Positions 35,096 to 44,360 of a stretch of 64,000 nt of DNA are shown piece by piece. Below the pieces are notes generated by a model. It had not been told where the DNA came from and ran no database searches. It was given only the letters and a program-made list of their open reading frames with translations. A program made the position numbers and the translations under genes. The stretch covers positions 4-64,003 of the forward strand of contig JASFTQ010000001.1 in NCBI GenBank assembly GCA_050053515.1. The letters are read 5' to 3'. Origin of the DNA: Desulfobacterales bacterium (GTDB taxonomy: Bacteria > Desulfobacterota > Desulfobacteria > Desulfobacterales > G020354645). Position 1 is the first letter of the stretch, and every line of letters starts with the position of its first letter.

Positions 35096-36967
35096 ATGAT
35101 ACCCAGGAATTTGAAAGCGTATCTAAAGGAGCATCTTCCGGAAACCGCCATTAAAAACCGCACCATACGTGAAAAAGGGAGGTGTTTCATGGAATTCGGT
35201 TATATGGACGAACACCTTCTCTATCGCATGGGTATCAACCGTGACAGACTCGGTCCCAGACTGGTTGTCTGCATGTGGGATGAAAGCTCCCCTTTGGAAG
35301 TCGGTGGCTATCTGGTGGTGGATAATCTGGCCATGGGAAGCCCTGCCATGGGAGGAATCCGGATGCTCCCCGATATAACACCGGTTGATATTCATAATTT
35401 GGCACGGGGGATGACACTAAAAAACGCGGCAGCCGATCTGCCCTATGGGGGAGGCAAAGCCGGTATTGTGGCCGAACCCGGCACGTCTGCGGAGGAGCAC
35501 ACCGCCATTGTAAGGGATTTTGCCCACCTGATCGGCCGCTACCGAGATATCTATGTACCCGGTCCGGACGTCGGGACCAATGATGCCGACATGATGACAA
35601 TTGCCATACAAAATGGCATCGACAGTGCTGTGTCCAAACCCGCCGCCATGGGTGGCAACCGCATTGATGAATTAGGGGCGGCAGCCGGCGGTTTAATTGT
35701 TGCGCTCGAGAGACTGTTGGAAATTATGCCGCGATTGACCGTATTGCCCCAGTTTGCCCAATTGAAGGTACCTTCCCCGGAAGAACTGACGGTCATCATA
35801 CAGGGGTTTGGGGCCGTTGGAGCGCATACGGCAAAGTATTTGACCGAAAGGTTCCCCCGGGCAAAAGTAACCGGTATCAGCGATCTTCAGGGTTATCTCT
35901 ATGACACTGCGGGCTTGCCGGTGGATAAACTCTTCAGTCTGGCAAAGCAGCGGGGTTTGGTCACGCGCCGCTACTATGAGGAAGAGATTGCGTCAAAAGA
36001 TTACCGCCATCCCACCAAATTTTCTACGGACACCAACAAACTACTCAGAGAATCGGCGTTTTGTTTCATACCGGCCTCACCTGTCTTTAATTACCTGGGC
36101 GTGCTTCCCACAGAGTCATGTTCAATGAGCATAGATCAAATGGGAAGATGGTCGGTAATTATTGAGGGTGCCAATACCTACTCACCGGATCCGAACCGTA
36201 AGGCCGCTCGCACCCGCATGGAGCAGGCCGTCTATCGTCGAAAAGGGGTGATGATTGCCAATGACTATTTGGTTAACTCGGGTGGTGTCATATTTGCCGC
36301 CCAGGAACACATTATCCCAACGCCCGTGCATCTTCAAATTCCCGATGAAATACGCGGCAACCCGACCGCTGTGGAGGCCTGGCTTTTCGGAAAGGAAACA
36401 GAGTTCGCTGAAATATCTGAAAAACGATTAAACGCCGGGATTGAATACAGGGAAAACTCGATTCGGCACAATATGACGGAGTTGGTCGACCTGCTGGCTT
36501 CCAACCCGGACTTGCTGCCCGGTCAGGCTGCAGAACGTATCGGCATTCAGCGGCTCACCGAAAAAGAAAGTGAACGCACCGCCAAAGGTATTATGGAACC
36601 GATACCCACCATCAGCATTAAAGCCAGTCTACAGGAAGCCGCGTCTCTGATCGTAGAATCCCAAAGCAACATCGTTGCCGTGCTTACGCAAGATGGCAAA
36701 CTTGCGGGAGTTCTGACTCCCTGGGATATCACCCGGGCCATTTCCGAAGGGGTTTGTGAAGAAAGTGTCGAAAAAATTATGACCGTTAAAGTGATTTCGG
36801 CAGATCCTTCCTGCAGTATCCTGGATGTCGTGACTGACCTGGAACAGAACAAAATTTCGGCGATGCCGGTGGTAGAAGACGGGATCGTTTTGGGAATGGT
36901 CAGCTCCGATTTGTTGGCTCAGCAGTATCTGTTGCGGCTGCTGCGGCCGCAGGCAAAGAGCTCATAA
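35096..36967 (+). CDS. Glu/Leu/Phe/Val dehydrogenase-family enzyme fused to a C-terminal CBS pair
   Basis: The GDH core is present (GGIRMLPDITPVDIHNLARGMTLKNAAADLPYGGGKAGI and the Rossmann segment IQGFGAVGAHTA). Two C-terminal CBS-like segments follow (IVAVLTQDGKLAGVLTPWDI and ISAMPVVEDGIVLGMVSSDLL). The chosen start is ATG 35096, preceded by AGGAG. Confidence 0.8.
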   Translation: MIPRNLKAYLKEHLPETAIKNRTIREKGRCFMEFGYMDEHLLYRMGINRDRLGPRLVVCMWDESSPLEVGGYLVVDNLAMGSPAMGGIRMLPDITPVDIHNLARGMTLKNAAADLPYGGGKAGIVAEPGTSAEEHTAIVRDFAHLIGRYRDIYVPGPDVGTNDADMMTIAIQNGIDSAVSKPAAMGGNRIDELGAAAGGLIVALERLLEIMPRLTVLPQFAQLKVPSPEELTVIIQGFGAVGAHTAKYLTERFPRAKVTGISDLQGYLYDTAGLPVDKLFSLAKQRGLVTRRYYEEEIASKDYRHPTKFSTDTNKLLRESAFCFIPASPVFNYLGVLPTESCSMSIDQMGRWSVIIEGANTYSPDPNRKAARTRMEQAVYRRKGVMIANDYLVNSGGVIFAAQEHIIPTPVHLQIPDEIRGNPTAVEAWLFGKETEFAEISEKRLNAGIEYRENSIRHNMTELVDLLASNPDLLPGQAAERIGIQRLTEKESERTAKGIMEPIPTISIKASLQEAASLIVESQSNIVAVLTQDGKLAGVLTPWDITRAISEGVCEESVEKIMTVKVISADPSCSILDVVTDLEQNKISAMPVVEDGIVLGMVSSDLLAQQYLLRLLRPQAKSS

Positions 36968-37014
36968 AGAAAACCCCTTAGGTCTTTGCTGATACATTTT
37001 TGGGGTTCTACGGA

Positions 37015-38412
37015 TTATTTCAGGTGAGAATTATTTTCCCCTTCTTTTTTATCCACTGCTATGAAAGGATGCAACAGTGGATTGAATCCATTCGATGTGT
37101 TTAGGCCACGGACATTTCTCAATATTCGGATGAGTTGACCGACAGTGACTTCTTCAGGTTCGCGCACCCTGCGCAGCAATTGCAGGCTGAAGAATCGAAA
37201 AACCGTTGAGATAGCAAAAATAAATTGCAAGGGAAGAATTTTTTCGGAAAGAAAAGTCATATCGGCTGAGCTGAACAGTTTAAGGATCAAACCTGCTATG
37301 ATAGGGCTTATGGCTGCCCCAACACCGGCGACAATATTATGGGTAGATATGAACAGGGCCCGCTGCTGTTTCGGAGAAATCCGCAGAATCAAATTATTGC
37401 TGCACAGTTGAATACCCGCCCAGAATCCGCCGCCCAGGATATGAAGAATTATTGGCATCAAGGTACTGCCGGGGCGAACGAATATCCACATGAAGGGCAG
37501 AAAAACCGCCACCCAACTCGAAATCTGTATGATGGCCTTGTTTTTGATCCGATCCGAAATTTTCCCCCACAGCTTCATGGCAATCAAGTCAGAGCCCGAC
37601 GAAATCATGGCCAGGGTCGATACAAAACCAAGACTGAAAGTTAAATCCCGCAGCATATAAAGGGAAAAGAAGGGGCCGGCAAAATTCACCGATAAATTCC
37701 AGCAAAGTGAAAAAAGCAATAGCTTACGAAAATTTGTTTCCTGCAGCGGCCCCAAAAGGTTTTCTTGTGGGGAGGGGTAGCTCGCAGACAAATCTTTTTG
37801 CGGTTCTGAAATACGAAGCAAAAAGACCAGGCTCACCAATCCAGCCAGAACCGCTGTGCCGATGATGAAGCCAAAGCCGATGGTTAATCCTCCGGGAATA
37901 TGCAGCTTGGCAAAATCAAGTAGATGTCCGAAAACAATTATAGCGAGCATTCCTGCAATACCGTTTAGCATATTACGGGTTCCAAAAAAGTTACCCAGGC
38001 TCCCTTCGGGTATCAGGTCCGATGTCCAAGACAGCCAAGATACGTAGCTGATGGCTATAAATGAATGGGACAGAAAAAATAACCCTAAGACTATAGAGGA
38101 CTTGGCAGGAAGCGATAGCACCGGCAAAAGGGCAACAATCAGAATTAACACCCACAGCAAGCGGGCAATGGCGGCATTTAGATAGGCTATCCTTTTCCTT
38201 CCCCCTTTTTTGGTGATGAAAACCGATGCCGGCAATTGTAAAAGAGTGGCAACATACGGGATTGAAGCCAGGAGTCCAATCAAAGACTCGTTCATTCCGA
38301 GGTACAGCGCAAAAGCAGTCAGAAACACGCCGCCGGTGAGGTTTGCGAATACGGATGCGAAAACACCGTCATAAAGAGAATATTTAAGATTTTTATTCCT
38401 CAATATTTCCAT
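37015..38412 (-). CDS. MFS transporter
   Basis: 465 aa with about 12 TM segments and a basic loop motif (TKKGGRKRIAY) after TM2. Confidence 0.8.
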   Translation of the reverse strand: MEILRNKNLKYSLYDGVFASVFANLTGGVFLTAFALYLGMNESLIGLLASIPYVATLLQLPASVFITKKGGRKRIAYLNAAIARLLWVLILIVALLPVLSLPAKSSIVLGLFFLSHSFIAISYVSWLSWTSDLIPEGSLGNFFGTRNMLNGIAGMLAIIVFGHLLDFAKLHIPGGLTIGFGFIIGTAVLAGLVSLVFLLRISEPQKDLSASYPSPQENLLGPLQETNFRKLLLFSLCWNLSVNFAGPFFSLYMLRDLTFSLGFVSTLAMISSGSDLIAMKLWGKISDRIKNKAIIQISSWVAVFLPFMWIFVRPGSTLMPIILHILGGGFWAGIQLCSNNLILRISPKQQRALFISTHNIVAGVGAAISPIIAGLILKLFSSADMTFLSEKILPLQFIFAISTVFRFFSLQLLRRVREPEEVTVGQLIRILRNVRGLNTSNGFNPLLHPFIAVDKKEGENNSHLK

Positions 38413-38593
38413 GAGACCACTTCAACAGCTAAAAATATTGGAACAATATCATCGCACCGTACTGTCTTCAAGATAGACTTAACCTAAAATACAGGCACAG
38501 GATAATCGCTTTTGTTCGATTTTGATCATATTGCACGATTTTTGCTTACTATTTTAACGTTAAGGTTAACTCGATGATAATTAAGCACCGAGA

Positions 38594-38899
38594 ATTATAG
38601 TGATTGGCAAAATAACGTTCAGATTGCCCGAGGGTCAGGCAGGGCGTAAATTTTTATCGACAAGCTGATTACCCCGGTGGTGCTAAGTGACAAAAGGGGA
38701 TTGCTGCCTGGATGAGCAACCGACGGTGAGTCTTTGTGCTAACCACCATGGGTTAACTGGCAGGGGGGCAGTTGATGGGAAGTGGCCAACTCCAAGCAAA
38801 GGTGGCGGTGATTGTGCATCTTGACGAAAAAATTTACCCCCTGCCTGCCCCTCTTCATTCTGCTCTATTTCGGAATATTATTTTGACATCCGCTATAGG
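38594..38899. mobile_element. MITE-like element, family B, copy 1
   Basis: About 306 bp with long imperfect inverted arms of about 75 bp (TTATAGTGATTGGCAAAATAACGTT...GGCAGGGCGTAAATTTTTATCGACAAGCTGAT and its inverted counterpart ending ...TTTTGACATCCGCTATAGG). It is collinear with 56886-57185 throughout. Confidence 0.65.
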
Positions 38900-38975
38900 T
38901 TTGGAAAAAGTAACTATCGACGGGATCGTTGGAAAAAATAAGAACGGCTATAAAAATATCGAACAGGAGTGAAAA

Positions 38976-41402
38976 ATGATTGGATTTATGCAACCAGAAT
39001 ATCTTAAAAAAAGCCTGGCAGAAATACCAAAAGACCTTTCTATCTTACCCCTGCGAAATATCGTTGCCTTTCCTTTCATGATGCTGCCTTTGTCGGTTGG
39101 AATTCCGCGGTCGGTTAGACTGATCGAAGATGCATTAAAAGGCGATCATTTGATCGGACTTCTGGCCAGCAAAGACGGATCGATTGACGAACCGGTGCCG
39201 GGCCAGATTTACGAAATCGGGACAGTGGCGAAATTGCACCATGCCGTACGAAGCCATGAAGAACATATGCACGTCGTGGTTGAAGGGCTAGAGCGCTTTC
39301 GGTTGAAGCACTGGCTGACCACCGAACCTTATCTCCAAGCCTCTATTGATCTTTCTCCAGATATCGTTGAGCCAGGGATTGAACTGGATGCCTTGATGCA
39401 CAGCTTGCGTGATTTAGCCAAGCAAATTATTACTCTCTTGCCGAATTTACCGGAAGATGTCGGCAATTTCCTTGATCAAGTAGAAGAACCACGATACCTT
39501 ATTTACATGGTTGCAGCCAATTCACGGCTCAATATGAAAACCAATCAGCGGCTATTAGAAATGGATCATCTCAAGGATAAATATCAAGCATTAATCTATC
39601 AACTAACGCGACAGAAAGAAGTATTAACTCTTGGCCGCAAGATTCAAACCGAAGTTCGAGAAAAAATGAGCAAGGCTCAACGGGAATACTACCTGCGCGA
39701 ACAACTCAAGGCCATTAAAAAAGAACTTGGCGAAACGGATGATATTGAATCTGAAGCCGTCGAATATGCCGTAAAAATTGAAAAAACGGATATGTCCGAA
39801 GAAGCCAGGAAAGAGGCGCAGCGAGAATTAAAACGGATGAAAGGGATGGCTCCGCAAGCAGCAGAATATGCGGTGATTAAAACCTATCTGGACTGGCTGC
39901 TGGAACTTCCTTGGAATGTGACCAGCCAGGATCAGTTGGATGTCAACGACGCCCGCAGTGTGCTGGATGAAGATCATTATGATTTGCAGGACGTCAAAAA
40001 TCGAATCATTGAATATCTTGCGGTACGCAAGCTGGTCTGCGAACGTGAGGAAGAATTTAAGCCTGAAACCTGTGTCTTCGACGACAAGGCCATGGGTGCT
40101 ATTCTCTGTTTCGTCGGACCCCCCGGTGTCGGCAAGACCAGCCTGGGGCAAAGTATTGCCAGAGCTCTGGGGCGAAAATTTACCCGCATGAGCCTGGGCG
40201 GCATGCGAGATGAAGCCGAAATTCGGGGACATCGCCGCACCTATATCGGGGCCATGCCGGGCCGTATCATCCAGGCGATCAAGCGAGCAGGCACCCGCAA
40301 TCCGGTCTTCATGCTGGATGAAGTGGACAAAATCGGAACAGATTGGCGTGGAGATCCTAGCAGCGCACTGCTGGAGGTCCTTGATCCCGCCCAAAACCAT
40401 GCTTTTCGCGATCACTACCTGGATGTAGACTTTGATCTGAGTGATGTGATGTTTATTACCACGGCCAACCAACTTGAGACCATTCCACCACCCTTGCGTG
40501 ACCGAATGGAAATTATTCATCTGGAAGGATATACAGAGTATGAGAAGATCCATATTGCCAAGAATTTTCTGGTGCCCCGGCAGCTTAAAGCAAATGGGCT
40601 GCGCAAAGAAGAAGCAATATTCACCACAGACGCTTTGCGAAAAATTATACAAAGTTACACCCGGGAGGCCGGGGTGCGAACCCTGGAGCGCCAGATTGGG
40701 ACAGTTTGTCGTAAAGTTGTTGTAAAAATTGCCGCCGGGGAATCAATTCATGAAGAAGTTACACCGACCGCCGTGCGAGGATATCTCAAAAAAGAAAAAT
40801 TCGAATCCGAAGCTTCCGAGATAATCGACACTCCGGGGATTGCCACTGGCCTAGCGGTAACGGCTACCGGTGGTGACATTTTATTTATCGAAGCCACCCG
40901 CATGCCGGGTAAAGGCAAGCTGACTTTAACCGGTCAACTGGGCGACGTCATGCGTGAAAGTGCTCAAATTGCCCACAGCTACGTGCGGTCAAAGACTGCT
41001 CAGTTGGAAATTAATTCAGAAGATTTCGAAAAAAATGATGTGCATTTGCATGTGCCGGCCGGCGCCATTCCTAAAGACGGCCCCTCGGCAGGCATTGCAA
41101 TGGTAACCGCCATCGCAAGCCTATTCAGTGGGAAACCCGTACATGGCGATGTCGGTATGACCGGCGAAGTAACATTACGGGGCCGAGTGCTGTCGGTCGG
41201 TGGTATTAAAATGAAGGTTCTGGCTGCCCATCGCGCCGGAATTACCACTGTGGTCCTGCCCAGAAAAAACGAACCTGATCTGGAGGAATTACCGGAAGAT
41301 GTGCGTAACGACATAAACTTTATTCCTATCGAGCAAATCGATGAAGCCCTGAAAGTGGCACTGGCCGCTGACAGGTTAAATGAAAAAAACAAGAAGAGTT
41401 AA
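38976..41402 (+). CDS. lon: ATP-dependent protease La (Lon)
   Basis: 808 aa. It has the LON N-domain, Walker A GPPGVGKTS, Walker B FMLDEVDK and the catalytic PKDGPSAGIAM ... GGIKMKVLAAHRAG region. Confidence 0.95.
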   Translation: MIGFMQPEYLKKSLAEIPKDLSILPLRNIVAFPFMMLPLSVGIPRSVRLIEDALKGDHLIGLLASKDGSIDEPVPGQIYEIGTVAKLHHAVRSHEEHMHVVVEGLERFRLKHWLTTEPYLQASIDLSPDIVEPGIELDALMHSLRDLAKQIITLLPNLPEDVGNFLDQVEEPRYLIYMVAANSRLNMKTNQRLLEMDHLKDKYQALIYQLTRQKEVLTLGRKIQTEVREKMSKAQREYYLREQLKAIKKELGETDDIESEAVEYAVKIEKTDMSEEARKEAQRELKRMKGMAPQAAEYAVIKTYLDWLLELPWNVTSQDQLDVNDARSVLDEDHYDLQDVKNRIIEYLAVRKLVCEREEEFKPETCVFDDKAMGAILCFVGPPGVGKTSLGQSIARALGRKFTRMSLGGMRDEAEIRGHRRTYIGAMPGRIIQAIKRAGTRNPVFMLDEVDKIGTDWRGDPSSALLEVLDPAQNHAFRDHYLDVDFDLSDVMFITTANQLETIPPPLRDRMEIIHLEGYTEYEKIHIAKNFLVPRQLKANGLRKEEAIFTTDALRKIIQSYTREAGVRTLERQIGTVCRKVVVKIAAGESIHEEVTPTAVRGYLKKEKFESEASEIIDTPGIATGLAVTATGGDILFIEATRMPGKGKLTLTGQLGDVMRESAQIAHSYVRSKTAQLEINSEDFEKNDVHLHVPAGAIPKDGPSAGIAMVTAIASLFSGKPVHGDVGMTGEVTLRGRVLSVGGIKMKVLAAHRAGITTVVLPRKNEPDLEELPEDVRNDINFIPIEQIDEALKVALAADRLNEKNKKS

Positions 41403-41409
41403 AAGTAAC

Positions 41410-41441
41410 GCCGGAACAGGAATTATCACACCTGTCCCGGC
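41410..41441. terminator. hairpin between the convergent lon and small secreted protein genes
   Basis: GCCGGAACAGG - 10 nt - CCTGTCCCGGC forms an 11-bp stem with one mismatch, 8 nt after the lon stop. Confidence 0.45.
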
Positions 41442-41499
41442 ATTGGTAACTCTTTGCTCAGGAATCCGACCGTAAACAAAGGCCGGACTTCAAAGAAAT

Positions 41500-41823
41500 T
41501 TATCCGGATAGTCCTTCGATGGTGTGCCCCGTTTCCGTAACCCGCCACCGCACGTTTACGGTTTCGCCCACTTTAAAATCGTCAAGCGTCGCGGGGCGAT
41601 TGCCCTTTGTCACTTTTGCGTTGGGGGCCAAGGCTCCGCCCACCGTCATCGAGTCATTTGGCACCGGGATTTCGATCACAACCACATTATCTAGTAGGTT
41701 AATAGCGGATATTTTACCACCCCGGCTATATACTCGGTCGCCTGCCAAAACTAGAGATGCGATTAAAAGTACTAGGACAAAGGTCCCTAAAAAAATCGCT
41801 GATTTCGTTTTAAATGTGTTCAT
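41500..41823 (-). CDS. small secreted or membrane-anchored protein of unknown function
   Basis: 107 aa. An N-terminal hydrophobic segment (AIFLGTFVLVLLIASLVLAG) is followed by a beta-rich region of about 75 aa. It has a strong RBS (AAAGGAGGA) and a sigma-54 promoter about 45 nt upstream. Confidence 0.6.
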   Translation of the reverse strand: MNTFKTKSAIFLGTFVLVLLIASLVLAGDRVYSRGGKISAINLLDNVVVIEIPVPNDSMTVGGALAPNAKVTKGNRPATLDDFKVGETVNVRWRVTETGHTIEGLSG

Positions 41824-41868
41824 AATATCCTCCTTTAGTTATTTTTTCATAATTTAATCAATAAGTGA

Positions 41869-41884
41869 TGCAATCGATATGCCA
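41869..41884 (-). promoter_or_regulatory. sigma-54 (-24/-12) promoter match for the small secreted protein gene
   Basis: The minus strand reads TGGCAT-ATCGA-TTGCA. It sits between the NtrC-type activator gene and ATG 41823. Confidence 0.65.
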
Positions 41885-42150
41885 CATTAAAACTAATTGA
41901 ATTTATTATAATTATTGACAGTCATCGATATTAGCAGAACTGCTTGTTCCTTTTTCGGATCGACTGCAGTTATACAATCACAATTGGGTTCGAATATATG
42001 AAGATAATATGCTGAATACAAACCGAATAACTAACAGGAACTCGCGGTTCTTTCAGTGAAATAATCGGAATAACGAATTCTTTAAAAAAATCTGTTGTTT
42101 GAGTCGGGGTCAGTGGAGGGTGAAAAAATAGAAGGGAGCAAAGATATACC

Positions 42151-43542
42151 TCAGGGTTTGAAGATCTCTTTGCGAATTGCGTATTTTAACATCAACTTAT
42201 TTAGTTGACGGGTCGTAATGCCGGCTTCATCAGCAGAGACTTTTACCTTTCCTCGGTTTCTCGAAAGAAGCTCCTTAAGATACTGTCTTTCAAATTCTTC
42301 GACCGCTTGTTTTCTGGCTTCAGCAAGTGTTGTATCCGGGTGAATCGGTAATATGGCGCTTTCGGGATCTTTTTTGAATAGCTCCTCGGGAAAGTTTTCA
42401 GGTGTTAATGCCGGTGTAGATTCAAGCAGGTAAGCTCTTTCCATAAGGTTTTCGAGCTCACGAATGTTACCGGGCCACATATATTTCTCAAGGGCTGCAG
42501 TAACGGTCGGATGTATTCGATTGATTTTTTTGCCGTACGTACCGTCAAGCCTTTTCAAAATCGTGTTCATCAGAAAGGGAATGTCATCCTTGCGCTCCCT
42601 TAATGAAGGTAGCTCGATGGGCAATACATTCAGCCGGTAATAAAGATCCTTTCTGAAGGTTCCGTCTTCCCTCTTCTGTTGGAGATCGGCGTTGGTGGCG
42701 GCAATAATCCTGGCATCGGTTTTAAAAGTTTCTTCACCGCCCACGGGGCTGAAAGTTCCATCCTGTAAAACCTGCAGCAGTTTTATTTGTGATCCCGGTG
42801 AAATGGTGCCGACTTCATCTAAAAAGATCGTTCCGCCTTTGGCGATTTCAAACTTTCCGAGTTTTTTGCGATGGGCACCGGTAAATGCTCCTTTTTCGTG
42901 GCCGAACAGTTCGCTCTCCAGGAGGGTATCTGGGATGGCGCCGCAATGGACACTTATAAAGGGGGCATCACGCCGGTGGCTGTGAATGTGGATTAATCGC
43001 GCCAAAACGCCCTTGCCGGTTCCTGTTTCACCACTGAGCAGGATAGTGGCTTTGGTTGCCGCCACTGCGCGGATTTTTTCATAAACCATCCGCATGGCAG
43101 CACTTTCGGTGTGAATCGTATCCAGTGCATCAGGTCGCCAGAACTTATCTCTTAAATAGTCGAGCTCCAGGTTTTTTATGACGGTTTTTTCGGCAGACGC
43201 TGCAACTAAACAGACTTCTTCAGCATTGAGGGGAAGGAGAACGTAATCGCTGGCGCCGGCTTTCAAAATCTTGACTGTTTTTCGTATCCACTTCGCCGGT
43301 GTCACCAGAATAAGTTCCACGCTGGGGTATAGATTGACGAAAGGCTCCAGAGCTTCCTGATAATCCTCGGATTCAGAAAAAAGATCGATGTCTATAAATG
43401 CTAGCGCGTGATCTCTGGCCCTAAGTATATTGACCGCCGCTTCCCGGTTATCGGCATTATCGACGGTGTATTCCGAGCCCAGTGCGGAAATGATTTGTTT
43501 GCTGTGTTCTTCAACAGAGGAGACGACTAGAACAGACCGCAT
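42151..43542 (-). CDS. sigma-54-dependent transcriptional activator (NtrC family) with an atypical receiver domain
   Basis: 463 aa. It has an N-terminal REC-like domain, an AAA+ domain with GETGTGKG, GAFTGA and Walker B TIFLDEVG, and a C-terminal Fis-type HTH (AGITTRQLNKLMLKY). Confidence 0.9.
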   Translation of the reverse strand: MRSVLVVSSVEEHSKQIISALGSEYTVDNADNREAAVNILRARDHALAFIDIDLFSESEDYQEALEPFVNLYPSVELILVTPAKWIRKTVKILKAGASDYVLLPLNAEEVCLVAASAEKTVIKNLELDYLRDKFWRPDALDTIHTESAAMRMVYEKIRAVAATKATILLSGETGTGKGVLARLIHIHSHRRDAPFISVHCGAIPDTLLESELFGHEKGAFTGAHRKKLGKFEIAKGGTIFLDEVGTISPGSQIKLLQVLQDGTFSPVGGEETFKTDARIIAATNADLQQKREDGTFRKDLYYRLNVLPIELPSLRERKDDIPFLMNTILKRLDGTYGKKINRIHPTVTAALEKYMWPGNIRELENLMERAYLLESTPALTPENFPEELFKKDPESAILPIHPDTTLAEARKQAVEEFERQYLKELLSRNRGKVKVSADEAGITTRQLNKLMLKYAIRKEIFKP

Positions 43543-43629
43543 TTTACATTTTGGAGGGTTAGTATTTTACATGAATTGATTCAACCAATGATCCGCTAAT
43601 CTATTTCATACTAGTCGTAAGTGTGAATG

Positions 43630-44070
43630 TCAATCCAATTCGAAAAAGGATCTTACCCTGGCGATCATTTGCCCTTCAGTCATTTTATCTTGCGTTTCCA
43701 CCTTTAGGATTTTTTGGGCCAATTCTTTCGATTTTTCGATTTCTTTTTTCAATTCCTTTTTGGCTTCCCCGGGCCCCATAATCACAACCCTATCAACTTG
43801 TTGTACTGTTTTAATCAGTTCACGGTAGTATTTTTTAAGCTGTTGCTTGCGGCGATCCTCCATTTTACCATCCACCGCAACCTCCTGTGGTCCCCATGGT
43901 GTCTTGCGTGTTCGGGATCCCCCGGACAGCCGAACGCGGCGCTCAACATCTGAGACTATTCTGGTGATCGTTTCCGCCTCCTGTTGTTTTTCATGTCTAT
44001 GTTCAGCCCTTGCGATAGTGACGATGTAGGCCTTTTTGTGGTCCACCCAGATTCCGACAAATTTTTTCAT
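43630..44070 (-). CDS. small cytoplasmic protein, possibly eRF1/Pelota-like (Host_attach / baeRF-type)
   Basis: 146 aa. The layout resembles host-attachment-protein / bacterial eRF1-like families as I recall them: N-terminal GIWVDHKKAYIV strand, central RVVIMGPGEAKKELKKEI and C-terminal DKMTEGQMIARVRSFF. The gene itself is credible (RBS, codon usage). The family call is tentative. Confidence 0.4.
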   Translation of the reverse strand: MKKFVGIWVDHKKAYIVTIARAEHRHEKQQEAETITRIVSDVERRVRLSGGSRTRKTPWGPQEVAVDGKMEDRRKQQLKKYYRELIKTVQQVDRVVIMGPGEAKKELKKEIEKSKELAQKILKVETQDKMTEGQMIARVRSFFELD

Positions 44071-44114
44071 TTTTTCTCACACCTTTTTTTTATATTTTAG
44101 TTTCAACGGTTCAC

Positions 44115-44305
44115 CTCCCTGTTCATAGGGAAGCTATCTGAAGCCAACGGCCATCCCGTGCCCAGCACGGGGTGGCTTGGATTTTTAGCCTTTGGCTGAA
44201 AAGGCAAAAGCACATCAGTGTTTTAAACGTTGCACTTGCAACCGGGTGTGAAGCACCCGGTATGTATGGCAAGAAACAGATAGTTTCCTTTCCGGGAAGC
44301 CCCGT
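44115..44305. repeat. hairpin-rich intergenic repeat, family D, copy 3
   Basis: It contains CCCTGTTCATAGGGAAGCT and TTTCCTTTCCGGGAAGCCCCG, both shared with 20944 and 13941. It also has strong local hairpins (CCCGTGC-CCA-GCACGGG and ACCGGGTG-TGAAG-CACCCGGT). Confidence 0.5.
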
Positions 44306-44360
44306 CCTAAAGTGCAGAGAGCCTCACTACACTCGCATCTGCTGTCTTGCAATCACCAAA

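Noticed and set aside
38820-38842. A sigma-32-like motif CTTGAC-N11-CCCCCT lies inside the right arm of MITE family B upstream of lon. A mirrored CTTGTC...CCCCCA sits on the minus strand of copy 2, facing clpB.
   Set aside because: The distance from CTTGA to CCCC is about 17 nt, versus about 20-21 nt in the E. coli groE and dnaK P1 promoters as I recall them. The spacing is too short, and the motif belongs to a repeated element arm.
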